Of a stretch of 64,000 bases of DNA, positions 28,263 through 37,361 are shown piece by piece. Below the pieces are notes generated by a model. It was given only the letters and a program-made list of their open reading frames with translations. It had not been told where the DNA came from and searched no databases. A program made the position numbers and the translations under genes. Source of the DNA: Anaerolineae bacterium (GTDB lineage: Bacteria > Chloroflexota > Anaerolineae > B4-G1 > SLSP01); the NCBI GenBank assembly GCA_034676805.1, contig JAXDDO010000006.1:9305-73304 (forward strand). Direction: 5' to 3'. Position 1 is the first letter of the stretch. Each line of letters starts with the position of its first letter.

Positions 28263-29063
28263 ATGTCTACGCTGCTCATTGTTCTGATCGTATTCGAGGC
28301 CCTTGTGATGATTGCGCTGCCCATCGCGGCACTGCTGATCGTGGGACGCCGGTGGTCGCTGCCCCTGCGATTGGCCCTCGCCGGCGCCGCGACGTTTGTG
28401 GCGTCCCAGATCCTGCACATTCCGGCCAATAGCATCTTGGGGCAGGTGCTGAATATGTCGGAGCGTCCGGTGATCGCCCAGGCTATTGTGCTCGGGCTTT
28501 CCGCCGGTATCTTCGAGGAGGCAGCGCGCTACCTGGCCTACCGCTTCTGGCAGAAGGATGCCCGCACTTGGCGCGAAGCGGTCTACTTCGGCCTGGGTCA
28601 CGGCGGGATCGAGTCGATTCTGACGGCGTTCTTCGTGGTGACCACGCTCGTGAACGTCATCGTGATCACCCGCACGCCTGATCTGACAACGCTGGGGGTT
28701 CCCGAGGAACTGCTGGAGCAGACCGCAGCGGACGTGGCCGCCTTCTGGCAGACGCCCTGGTATATGCCGCTCCTGGCAGCGGCAGAGCGGGTGATGGCTA
28801 TGATCCTCCACGTGAGCCTCTCAACGCTCGTCGTGATGACCTTCCGCAAGAGCGCACTCTGGGCGCTTCCTGCCGCGATCCTCTGGCACGCCACGGCAAA
28901 CGCGGTCGCCGTGGTGGTCAACCAGACTTGGGGCCCGGTAGCCGCAGAGGCGGCCCTGCTCGTCATCGCAGCCTTGAGCATCGCCCTGTTATGGCTCACT
29001 CACAGGGCGCTCAGCGCCGGCAATACGCCGCCCGAGACCCAACCAGCCACGCGCAGGAAATGA
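28263..29063 (+). CDS. YhfC-family intramembrane metalloprotease (CPBP/Abi-like)
   Basis: About 7 TM helices carrying FEEAARY, GHGGIES and ILH...L motifs in the helices. Confidence 0.6.
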   Translation: MSTLLIVLIVFEALVMIALPIAALLIVGRRWSLPLRLALAGAATFVASQILHIPANSILGQVLNMSERPVIAQAIVLGLSAGIFEEAARYLAYRFWQKDARTWREAVYFGLGHGGIESILTAFFVVTTLVNVIVITRTPDLTTLGVPEELLEQTAADVAAFWQTPWYMPLLAAAERVMAMILHVSLSTLVVMTFRKSALWALPAAILWHATANAVAVVVNQTWGPVAAEAALLVIAALSIALLWLTHRALSAGNTPPETQPATRRK

Positions 29064-31702
29064 CGTCGATGGCAACACCGCCGACCCACCCCCGGCTGCT
29101 CATCTTCGTCAACAACCACTTCGACCCAACCTGGCGACGTTGCTGGGATCGCAGCTTCGCGTTCGAGGGGCAGACCTTCGTCTCGTACGCCGATCTCGAA
29201 GCAACCTATATGCTCGACAACCTGGCGCTGGCGGAGGCCCACCCCGAGTACGCCTTCGAAGCCGAAAGCGCGATCGTCGTGCGCAAGTTCCTGGCGCGCC
29301 ACCCAGAGCAGCGTGAGGCGCTCCTAGCCCTTGCGCGCGAAGGCCGGTTCGCGGTGACAGGGGCAGGCGAGGCCATCGTCGACAGCAACATGGTTCTGGG
29401 CGAGAGCCTGATCCGCAACTATCTCATTGGCTTGTTGTGGGTCGAGGAGACGTTCGGTCAGCGTACCCGGCTGGCTGTACGCTACGACGCCTTCGGCAAC
29501 TCGGCCCAACTGCCACAGATCCTGCGCGGCTGCGAGATGGCCTGGGTGACTGGCTTGAGCTACACACCTGCTACAGGTATCTACTGGCGCGGGCTCGACG
29601 GCAGTACGGTCGTCCACCGGACACTGCCCATCGCGGCAGTGGGTGGGGGCAACACGAAGTATCCGCCCTGTCCGGCCTGCCACGGCACCCGCGAGATCGG
29701 CGGCATTGCGTGTGATGCGTGTGACGGGCGCGGCATCCAGCTCGTCGAGCGGGCCTGGCTTCCCGGCCCGATCAACGACGAAGCGCTGGCACAGTTCGGC
29801 GCCGCTTTGGTACCCGTCACGCCCGAGGAGCTGCTGCCCAACCCGGAGTTACTGGCCTGGGCCAGCGCCCGCGGCGACCGCTACGACGTAGCCTTCGCGC
29901 TCGAGGAAGAGGCTTACCCTTATATCGCCCCGTGGATCGAGGGCAGCGACGCGGCTGAACCACAGGATGTCCATCCCTCTGTCGAACTCAACCCGAACAA
30001 CGCCGGCTGCTGGGTAACGCGTATCAAGACCAAACAGGTCTGCCGCCGCCAGGAGTACGCACTGTTGGTCGCCGAAACGCTTGCCGTCATGACGTCACGG
30101 TTGGGACAGACATATCCCGCGGCAGCGCTGCAAGAGATCTGGCGGCAGCTATGCTTCACGATGTTCCACGATGCCATCACAGCCACGCATGTCGACCCGG
30201 CCTACACCGAGCTGCAGGATACATGGGATGAAATCGACGCGGCGACGGCCAGCGTGCGCGGGCAAGCATTGGCGCACCTGGTCGCGGAGGCGCCGGGCGT
30301 CGTCACCGCGATCAACCCGACCGCGCAGTCGCAGACGGGCGTGTGCACCGTGACGCTCGAAGCAGCGCCGCTTGAGCCGGCATTGCAGGACGCATCGGGC
30401 ACCGCTATCCCCCTGCTCGACGCACGGCGCGCCGACGACGGCGCGACCACGCTGCAGTTTGTCGCGACAGACGTGCCAGGCTTCGGCACCCGAGCCTACC
30501 GCGTTGTGTCGGATGGGGCCGCGACGCTCACCGAGGTCAAGCCCCTGGACGCGCTCACCCGCGATGGCACTCCCCGTGTCGTCATCGAGAACGAGCGCTT
30601 CCGCATCGAGGCCGATGCGGAGGGGCTTCGTACGATCCACGACCGCACGCTCGGAGAGGACGTCGCCCGGGCAGCGGGCTACCGCCCTGCCGAGTTGATC
30701 CTGGAGCACGACGAGGGCTCGCCCTGGGCCACGCTGCATCCCGACCAGAGCCGTGTTGGCCTGGCTCCCTACACCCGGCTGCTGCGGATCGAACAGGGGC
30801 CGGCTTTCCAGCGACTGCGCTACAGCATCGTCGCGCCGCGCGAGGCTGGCCTTTCAGGCGCCGCCCTCAAAGGCGAGTTGACGGTCACGCTGGTTCGGGG
30901 CCTGGCGAGGGTGGCGTTCCACCTCGACGCACACTGGGACGCATTCAACACGCGCCTGCGACTGGCGATGCCGGTGCCGTTCACGGGCCGGCACGTGTAC
31001 GAGATCCCTTACGGCATATTGGCGCGCGATGCTTATGAACCCACTTTCGGGTGGGCGGGGGCAAACGGTGATTGGCCCGCCGTGAACTGGGCCGGTGTCG
31101 AGGGAGATACAGCCAGTGTGGCCCTGATCAACCGGGGCACCCCCTCCTACCGAATCGAGGCGGCGGGCACGGACCCGTCTCCAAGCGACGTCATCCTGCT
31201 GGCGCTCTTGCGCAGCCCCGTGATTCCAACCTATCTTCACGAGCCGGAGTTCTACACTATGACGGCGTGGGACGGTATGCGAGATGCAGGCGACCACGCC
31301 TTCGATGTGGCGCTTGTAGCCTACGCCGGCACCTTTGCCGAAAGCAGCATCGTCTTTGACGCCGAAGCCTACAATGCCGGCCTCCTGGCGGTATCCGGTA
31401 CGGCACACCTGCCCGCGATGCCCTGGATCGAAGCGGACGCCGTCCGTATCGCGTCAGTGAAGCGGGCCGAGGCAGACGACGCCGTCATCCTGCGCCTGCA
31501 CGAGTTCCGGGGGCGCGGTGGCGAGGCCACAGTCCACCTGCCCTACCAGGTCGCGGCGGTGACTCGGGTGAACCTGCTGGAGCGCGGGCCGGCTTCGCGG
31601 CCTGGCGGAGAACCGCTGCTCGTAGAGGGAGGCGTGGTCCGGCTCCGGCTGCGTCCCTGGGAGATCGCCACCCTACGTATCGAACCGCACTTGACAGCCT
31701 GA
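29060..31702 (+). CDS. Glycoside hydrolase family 38 (alpha-mannosidase) with an inserted CxxC...CxxC zinc-knuckle
   Basis: ATG 29060 overlaps the YhfC stop (ATGA). GH38 N-terminal metal-site motif VNNHFDPTW. Large multi-domain size (880 aa). No signal peptide. The track start at 28928 lies inside yhfC. Confidence 0.85.
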   Translation: MTSMATPPTHPRLLIFVNNHFDPTWRRCWDRSFAFEGQTFVSYADLEATYMLDNLALAEAHPEYAFEAESAIVVRKFLARHPEQREALLALAREGRFAVTGAGEAIVDSNMVLGESLIRNYLIGLLWVEETFGQRTRLAVRYDAFGNSAQLPQILRGCEMAWVTGLSYTPATGIYWRGLDGSTVVHRTLPIAAVGGGNTKYPPCPACHGTREIGGIACDACDGRGIQLVERAWLPGPINDEALAQFGAALVPVTPEELLPNPELLAWASARGDRYDVAFALEEEAYPYIAPWIEGSDAAEPQDVHPSVELNPNNAGCWVTRIKTKQVCRRQEYALLVAETLAVMTSRLGQTYPAAALQEIWRQLCFTMFHDAITATHVDPAYTELQDTWDEIDAATASVRGQALAHLVAEAPGVVTAINPTAQSQTGVCTVTLEAAPLEPALQDASGTAIPLLDARRADDGATTLQFVATDVPGFGTRAYRVVSDGAATLTEVKPLDALTRDGTPRVVIENERFRIEADAEGLRTIHDRTLGEDVARAAGYRPAELILEHDEGSPWATLHPDQSRVGLAPYTRLLRIEQGPAFQRLRYSIVAPREAGLSGAALKGELTVTLVRGLARVAFHLDAHWDAFNTRLRLAMPVPFTGRHVYEIPYGILARDAYEPTFGWAGANGDWPAVNWAGVEGDTASVALINRGTPSYRIEAAGTDPSPSDVILLALLRSPVIPTYLHEPEFYTMTAWDGMRDAGDHAFDVALVAYAGTFAESSIVFDAEAYNAGLLAVSGTAHLPAMPWIEADAVRIASVKRAEADDAVILRLHEFRGRGGEATVHLPYQVAAVTRVNLLERGPASRPGGEPLLVEGGVVRLRLRPWEIATLRIEPHLTA

Positions 31703-31715
31703 TCAGGAGAATTCC

Positions 31716-32855
31716 GTGAGCACCGAGATCCGACATGTACGGCCCGAAGAGTTCGAGCGTTTCATGCGTTACCTGGAGCGGGCCTTTGGCCACTCGAAGG
31801 CCTTTTTCGAACGGGCCTTGCCCCACCTCTACCAGCCGACGGAAGAGGCGCTTTCGTGGTCCTACGCCATCGAGGAGGAAGGCGAGATCGTTTCCCACGT
31901 CGGCCTCTATCCCATCGAGACCGCCACCGCAGGCGTCCGCCTCACCGTAGGTGGCATCGGCGCGGTGTCCACCTCGCCCGCGGCGCGCGGTAAGGGTTAC
32001 ATGAGCCGGCTCCTGTATCACGTCATTGACGAGATGCGACGGCTGCACTACCCGATCTCATGGCTCGGCGGCGATCGCCAACGCTACAACACGTTTGGCT
32101 GGGAGCTGGCTTCCCCGGTCTACGACCTCTCCTTCTCTCGGCGCTCGCTGGAATGGCACCATGTCGAGCCCGCCGAGATCGAGGAGGTCCTGCCACAGGA
32201 AGCGCTGGATACGATCCGGCGCTACCAGCCATTGCCCGCATGCCACGCAGTGCGACCCCATCTCGATCAACAGATCCACAAGATGGACCTGCGGTTCTGG
32301 ATCGCGGACGATGGATACGCCATTCTCGCAGGGCAGGACCGGCACGAGATTCGGATCATGGAGCTCGTCTCGGCCTCGGGCAACGAGACTGGGATCATCC
32401 GGGCCATGCTGGCGTGGAACTTCGGCGACCGCGCTACGTGGCGCCTGTCGATGTGGGACCGCGAGCGACTGGCGCGCCTGATGCCCTATGCCAACTACTG
32501 GAGCAGCGGTAACAGCCACATGTACCGGATCAACGACCTGACTGCGCTGCTGACCGCCGCGCAGGACTACCTGGCCTCCCGTGCCGCGGCGATCCGTGAC
32601 TTCGTCGTGGCCCTGGGCATCCGCGAGCACGACCGTATTGCCGTAACGACGCTCGCCGTTGAGGGCGGGCAGGTCGACATCAAACCCGGACGACACGCCA
32701 ACGTCTACCTCGAATACTCGCCCGCGGCGGCAGCGCGCCTGCTTCTGGGTGGCCCCCCCGCCCGCCCGGATTCGGGAGAGGGGGCGGATCTGCCGGCCGG
32801 GCTCAGCGCCCTGCTTCCCGTTCCGTGTTACGTGTTCCCGTTCGATCACGTATAG
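31716..32855 (+). CDS. Eis-like GNAT N-acetyltransferase with a C-terminal SCP2-like domain
   Basis: AGGAGA RBS before the GTG. N-terminal IRHVRPEEFERFMRYLERAFG, the GNAT core GIGAVSTSPAARGKGYMSRLL, and a three-domain length of about 380 aa typical of Eis-type enzymes. Confidence 0.65.
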   Translation: MSTEIRHVRPEEFERFMRYLERAFGHSKAFFERALPHLYQPTEEALSWSYAIEEEGEIVSHVGLYPIETATAGVRLTVGGIGAVSTSPAARGKGYMSRLLYHVIDEMRRLHYPISWLGGDRQRYNTFGWELASPVYDLSFSRRSLEWHHVEPAEIEEVLPQEALDTIRRYQPLPACHAVRPHLDQQIHKMDLRFWIADDGYAILAGQDRHEIRIMELVSASGNETGIIRAMLAWNFGDRATWRLSMWDRERLARLMPYANYWSSGNSHMYRINDLTALLTAAQDYLASRAAAIRDFVVALGIREHDRIAVTTLAVEGGQVDIKPGRHANVYLEYSPAAAARLLLGGPPARPDSGEGADLPAGLSALLPVPCYVFPFDHV

Positions 32856-32909
32856 AACGGTGACCGGGACACGCCGAATCCTATCCCACCGGACCTATAG
32901 GAGTTCGCT

Positions 32910-34895
32910 ATGAAAACGATCTACGACCTTAGTCAGCTTGACTGGCGCGTGGCAGGGTTTCTGCCCCATGCCTGGCGGTTTGAGTCGAACATGGCCGTTG
33001 ACACGACCAGGCAGGCCGAGACGTTGGCCGTGCCCGTACCGGTGCCTGGATCGGTGCAGCAGGCGTTGGTGGACGCCGGCTTAGTGCCGCACTGGGAAGT
33101 GGGGCTGAACGCGCGGCAAGCCGAGTGGGTCGAGAACCGGCACTGGGTCTACGAAGTGACACTGCCCGGTGCCTGGCTCGAGCAGGGCACACAGGTGCGC
33201 TTGCACTGTATGGGCCTGGACGGCAACGGCCTGATCCGTATCAACGCCCACGAGGTCGCGACCTTCGACAACAGCTTCCTGCCCTATACGGTGGACCTGA
33301 CACCCCACCTGCACTCCGGCGAGAACCGGCTCCAGATCATCTTCGAGTGCCCGCCCCGGTGGCTGGGGCAGTTCGGCTACACCTCAAGGATGACCGAGTG
33401 GAAGCCACGCTTCAACTACTCCTGGGACTGGACCGCACGCCTGGTCCAGATCGGAATCTGGGACGGGATCCAGCTCGAAGTGGTCGCGGGGGCGGAGATC
33501 GAAACGCTGCACCTGACAACCGATGCAGACCCCACCGCTGGAACGGGCATGCTGCAGATCCGCGGGCAGATTGCGGGCGTAGGCGCCGCCGCCGTGCGTT
33601 GCGCCCTCGAATCTGCCGACGGCATCCGGCGCCAGGAGAGTGTGTCGCTCGCGCCGGGCACGGGGGATGGCGATGCACCCACGACGTTCGAGCTTCGTTG
33701 GGAGGACCTTGATGTCGCGCTATGGTGGCCCAACGGCTATGGCGAGCAGCCGCTCTACACACTAACCGTGACGCTGCTCGACGACGCCGGCGAAGCGATC
33801 GACACCGCGACGCGAACCGTTGGATTCCGGCATGTCGAGTGGCAGCCATGTGCAGGCGCGCCCGAGGACGCCGATCCCTGGCTGTGCGTCGTCAACGGCC
33901 AACCGATCTTTCTGCAGGGCGTCAACTGGGTCCCCATACGGCCAGACTTCGCCGATGTATCACCCGAGGCATATGCGCAACGGCTGAGGCTCTACCGCGA
34001 CCTGCATATGAATGTCCTGCGCGTTTGGGGCGGCGCCGTGCTGGAGCGCGAGACCTTCTATGACCTGTGCGACCGGCTGGGCCTGCTGGTCTGGCAGGAG
34101 TTTCCGCTCTCGTCGTCGGGGTTCGACAACTACGCACCCGAGGACGCCCAGAGCATCGCCGACCAGACCACGATCGCGCGATCGTACATTCGCCGCCGCC
34201 AACACCACGCCTCACTTCTGCTATGGTGCGGCGGCAATGAGTTGACGAACAACAAGGACGGTCGCCAGGGACCTGACACGGGCCCACTGGGCCTGGAGCA
34301 CCCGATGCTCAGGGCGTTCGCGGACGTGGTCGCGGAGCTCGATCCCGCGCGACGCTTCCTGCCCACCTCGGCCCAGGGCCCGAGCTTCTCCGGCAACCCT
34401 GAGGACTGGGGCAAGGGACTGCACTGGGACGTCCACGGTCCGTGGAAGCTGGACCAGGATATGGCGGCCTGGCGGGCCTATTGGGCCGGCGACGACGCGT
34501 TGTTCCGCTCCGAGGTCGGCTGTCCAGGCCCCAGCTCAGCCGACCTGATCCGCCGGTACGCCGGGGACTGCGACCCCTATCCCGGCGACTACGCCAACCC
34601 GTTGTGGCGCCGGACGGGGTGGTGGATCGAATGGCCGCAGTACACGGAGGAGATCGGGCGCGAGCCCGAGACGCTGGAGGCTTACGTAGCCTGGGGGCAG
34701 CAACGCCAAGCAGAGGCGCTGCGGGTCGCTGCGCAGGCGTGCAAAGACCGCTTCCCGGCTTGCGGCGGGTTCATCGTCTGGATGGGGCACGATTGCTTCC
34801 CTTGCACCGCCAACACATCCGTTATAGACTTTGAGGGCCACCCAAAACCGGCGGCCTTCGCGCTGGCTGAGGTGTTCGGGCGTAGGAGCGAATAG
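32910..34895 (+). CDS. Glycoside hydrolase family 2 (beta-mannosidase-like)
   Basis: TAGGAG RBS. The N-terminal sugar-binding domain pattern (W.V..LP..W, PGSVQQALVDAG) resembles beta-mannosidase. Acid/base CGGNELTN and nucleophile region FRSEVGCPG. Confidence 0.8.
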   Translation: MKTIYDLSQLDWRVAGFLPHAWRFESNMAVDTTRQAETLAVPVPVPGSVQQALVDAGLVPHWEVGLNARQAEWVENRHWVYEVTLPGAWLEQGTQVRLHCMGLDGNGLIRINAHEVATFDNSFLPYTVDLTPHLHSGENRLQIIFECPPRWLGQFGYTSRMTEWKPRFNYSWDWTARLVQIGIWDGIQLEVVAGAEIETLHLTTDADPTAGTGMLQIRGQIAGVGAAAVRCALESADGIRRQESVSLAPGTGDGDAPTTFELRWEDLDVALWWPNGYGEQPLYTLTVTLLDDAGEAIDTATRTVGFRHVEWQPCAGAPEDADPWLCVVNGQPIFLQGVNWVPIRPDFADVSPEAYAQRLRLYRDLHMNVLRVWGGAVLERETFYDLCDRLGLLVWQEFPLSSSGFDNYAPEDAQSIADQTTIARSYIRRRQHHASLLLWCGGNELTNNKDGRQGPDTGPLGLEHPMLRAFADVVAELDPARRFLPTSAQGPSFSGNPEDWGKGLHWDVHGPWKLDQDMAAWRAYWAGDDALFRSEVGCPGPSSADLIRRYAGDCDPYPGDYANPLWRRTGWWIEWPQYTEEIGREPETLEAYVAWGQQRQAEALRVAAQACKDRFPACGGFIVWMGHDCFPCTANTSVIDFEGHPKPAAFALAEVFGRRSE

Positions 34896-35002
34896 CCGGT
34901 CGGGGCAGTCCGCGACTTGAGTCGCCGCCCCGCAACCGCGTCGCATCCTGCAGGCGTGCACGTGTGGGCGCGTGCTGTCGCCTGTAACGAGTGGAGGAAC
35001 CG

Positions 35003-35269
35003 ATGTCGGACTCATTGCCGCAGTTGACCATGTACGGAGCGATGTGGTGCCCCAGCGTCGTGATGGCGCGCGCACGCCTCAACCGCGAGGGCATTCCCTT
35101 TGTCTACAAAGACATCGACCGCGACCCCGGCGCCATGGACGAGCTGTTTGCCCTGCGCGGGAAAGCATGGGTCGTGCCGACGTTCGTCATGCCCAACGGG
35201 AGCGTGCTAGATAACCCGCCCATCCAGAGGGTCATCGAACAGTTGGACTTGACCGAGCCCACGGCCTGA
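35003..35269 (+). CDS. Glutaredoxin-like thioredoxin-fold protein (monothiol CPS active site)
   Basis: GGAGGA RBS 4 nt before ATG 35003. Sequence MYGAMWCPSV...VVPTF has the glutaredoxin arrangement, with the second active-site Cys replaced by Val/Ser. Confidence 0.6.
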   Translation: MSDSLPQLTMYGAMWCPSVVMARARLNREGIPFVYKDIDRDPGAMDELFALRGKAWVVPTFVMPNGSVLDNPPIQRVIEQLDLTEPTA

Positions 35270-35300
35270 TGCTCCCGAACAGCGAATAGGCCCAAGCGGC

Positions 35301-36362
35301 ATGAACGCCAAGCAGACCGCTCTGCAGATCATCCACTTCGACCACCCGGAGCGCGTTCTGACCGGCCCGCCCGAGCACGGGCTGGCGTTCTACGGCGCTA
35401 ACCACGAAGGCTATGGCGCACGTCCGGGTGACGATGGAGGCGGCCACCACCTTCCGGTGGGCAGCCACTGGACCGACATCTGGGGCGTGCGGTGGCACCG
35501 CGAGCACGAAGGCGTAATGGGCTTTCCAAGAGGCCATCCCCTGGCCGACCTGCCCGAGGCCCTGAAGACCTACACGTGGCCCGACCCCGACGATCCGCGC
35601 ATCTGTGGACGGATCTACGACCAGGCCCGAGACTGGGATCGCGAAGCGACCTTCCTGGTTGGTTCTCACCGCGATACGCTGTGGGAGAAGAGCTACATGC
35701 TCGTGGGCATGGAAGCGATGATGATCGACTTCCACACAGAGCCGGAGGCCGTCCGCGAGCTATTGCATCGCATCATGGACTTCCACCTCGGCATCGCCCG
35801 CCACTACCTGGCGACCGGCGCCGAGATGGTGCGGCTGAGCGACGACCTGGGCACCCAGCGCGGGTTGCTGTTGTCGCCGCGCATTGTCCGTGAGTTCCTG
35901 GTCCCGGAGTACCGGCGGCTCCTCGCGCTCTACAAAGAGCACGGCGTTCTGGTCAACTTCCATAGCTGCGGGCACGTCATGCCGCTGCTGGAGACCTTCA
36001 TCGACCTAGGCGTGGACATCCTCAATCCGATCCAGGCGACCGCAAACGACCTTCCCAAGCTGAGGGAGATGACTCAAGGGCGTATGGCGCTGCAGGGCGG
36101 TGTCAGCTCCGCCACGATCGTCCGCGGGCCGATCGACGCAATTCGCGACGAAGTGGCGCTGCGCCTGTGGCAGCTCGGTCCGGCGGGGGGCTACTTCTGT
36201 GCAGCGGACCAGGGGATGCCGTGGCCCGAGCCCCACATCCAAGCACTGTACGAATCTGTCGAGCTGCTAGGCGTCTATCCGCTGGCGCCACCCAAAGCGC
36301 ACGCGGCCGGGAAGCCAGGCACCGTCGCCACCGCTGGCAACGCAGTACATAGACAGAACTGA
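35301..36362 (+). CDS. Uroporphyrinogen-decarboxylase (URO-D) superfamily protein, MtaA/CmuA-like
   Basis: URO-D fold length, and an FHSCGH motif resembling the H-x-C zinc site of corrinoid methyltransferases, plus a later Cys (YFCAADQG). Confidence 0.65.
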   Translation: MNAKQTALQIIHFDHPERVLTGPPEHGLAFYGANHEGYGARPGDDGGGHHLPVGSHWTDIWGVRWHREHEGVMGFPRGHPLADLPEALKTYTWPDPDDPRICGRIYDQARDWDREATFLVGSHRDTLWEKSYMLVGMEAMMIDFHTEPEAVRELLHRIMDFHLGIARHYLATGAEMVRLSDDLGTQRGLLLSPRIVREFLVPEYRRLLALYKEHGVLVNFHSCGHVMPLLETFIDLGVDILNPIQATANDLPKLREMTQGRMALQGGVSSATIVRGPIDAIRDEVALRLWQLGPAGGYFCAADQGMPWPEPHIQALYESVELLGVYPLAPPKAHAAGKPGTVATAGNAVHRQN

Positions 36363-36400
36363 CCGCACCCAACGACAAGAACAGGCAAAAGGAGCCGAAA

Positions 36401-37270
36401 ATGAAACCGAAAGCGATCGCAGATGTAGACTGCTCTACCGGCGAAGGCCCGCTGTGGCACCCAGATGAGAAAGCGCTCTACTGGCTCGACATTCCCCGTG
36501 GCTACCTCTACCGCTACGATCCCGCCACCGGCGAACACGAGCGCTGCTTCGAGGGGCCGCCCATTGGCGGGTTCACGCTCCAGTCCGACGGGGCCCTGCT
36601 GCTCTTTATGGCCAAGGGCGCAATCGCGATCTGGCGGGACGGCCGTGAGCTGGAGACCATCGTCGAAGAGATCCCGGCCGAGCGCAACACACGTTTCAAC
36701 GACGTCATCGCCGATCCCGCGGGCCGCGTCTTCTGCGGAACCATGCCTCTGCCGGATCGTCCGGCCCATCTCTACCGCCTGGAGACCGACGGCACGCTGT
36801 CGCTCGTGCTATCGGACGTGGGCCTCTCCAACGGCCTGGGCTTCACGCCGGACCGCCGCGGCATGTACTACACTGATACGCGCAAGCAGCGCATCTACCT
36901 GTTCGACTACGACGAGACCACGGGCATCATCGACAACCAGCGTGTCTTCGTCGAGGTACCGGCGACGCCCGGTGAAGGCCACCCCGACGGCATGACCGTC
37001 GATGCGGAGGGCTTTGTCTGGTCCGCGCGCTGGGACGGGCACTGTCTCGTACGCTATGATCCCGAGGGCCGGGAAGTTCAGCGTGTTATGTTCCCTGTCC
37101 CCAAGGTTTCATGTGTGACCTTCGGCGGTGAGGACTACACCGATATGTATGTCACCACCGCGAGCGCGGGCAACCGGGACAAGGAAGGACCGCTAGCCGG
37201 CGCCCTCTTCCACCTGAACCTCGGCATCAAAGGTGTCCCCGAGTTCCGATCGCGCGTGGCATTGAAGTGA
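36401..37270 (+). CDS. SMP-30/gluconolactonase/LRE family protein
   Basis: AAGGAG RBS. Sequences CSTGEGPLWHP, NDVIADPAGRVF.GTM, SNGLGF.PD and PDGM.VD are typical of the six-bladed propeller lactonases. Confidence 0.85.
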   Translation: MKPKAIADVDCSTGEGPLWHPDEKALYWLDIPRGYLYRYDPATGEHERCFEGPPIGGFTLQSDGALLLFMAKGAIAIWRDGRELETIVEEIPAERNTRFNDVIADPAGRVFCGTMPLPDRPAHLYRLETDGTLSLVLSDVGLSNGLGFTPDRRGMYYTDTRKQRIYLFDYDETTGIIDNQRVFVEVPATPGEGHPDGMTVDAEGFVWSARWDGHCLVRYDPEGREVQRVMFPVPKVSCVTFGGEDYTDMYVTTASAGNRDKEGPLAGALFHLNLGIKGVPEFRSRVALK

Positions 37271-37361
37271 CCATGCACGAACCCATGTGGGCGCCGGCGC
37301 CTGTCCCGCATTCGACCGGAGCCCGCCGAGCTAAGTCTGAGTTGACAACCAGGAGCGCTAC

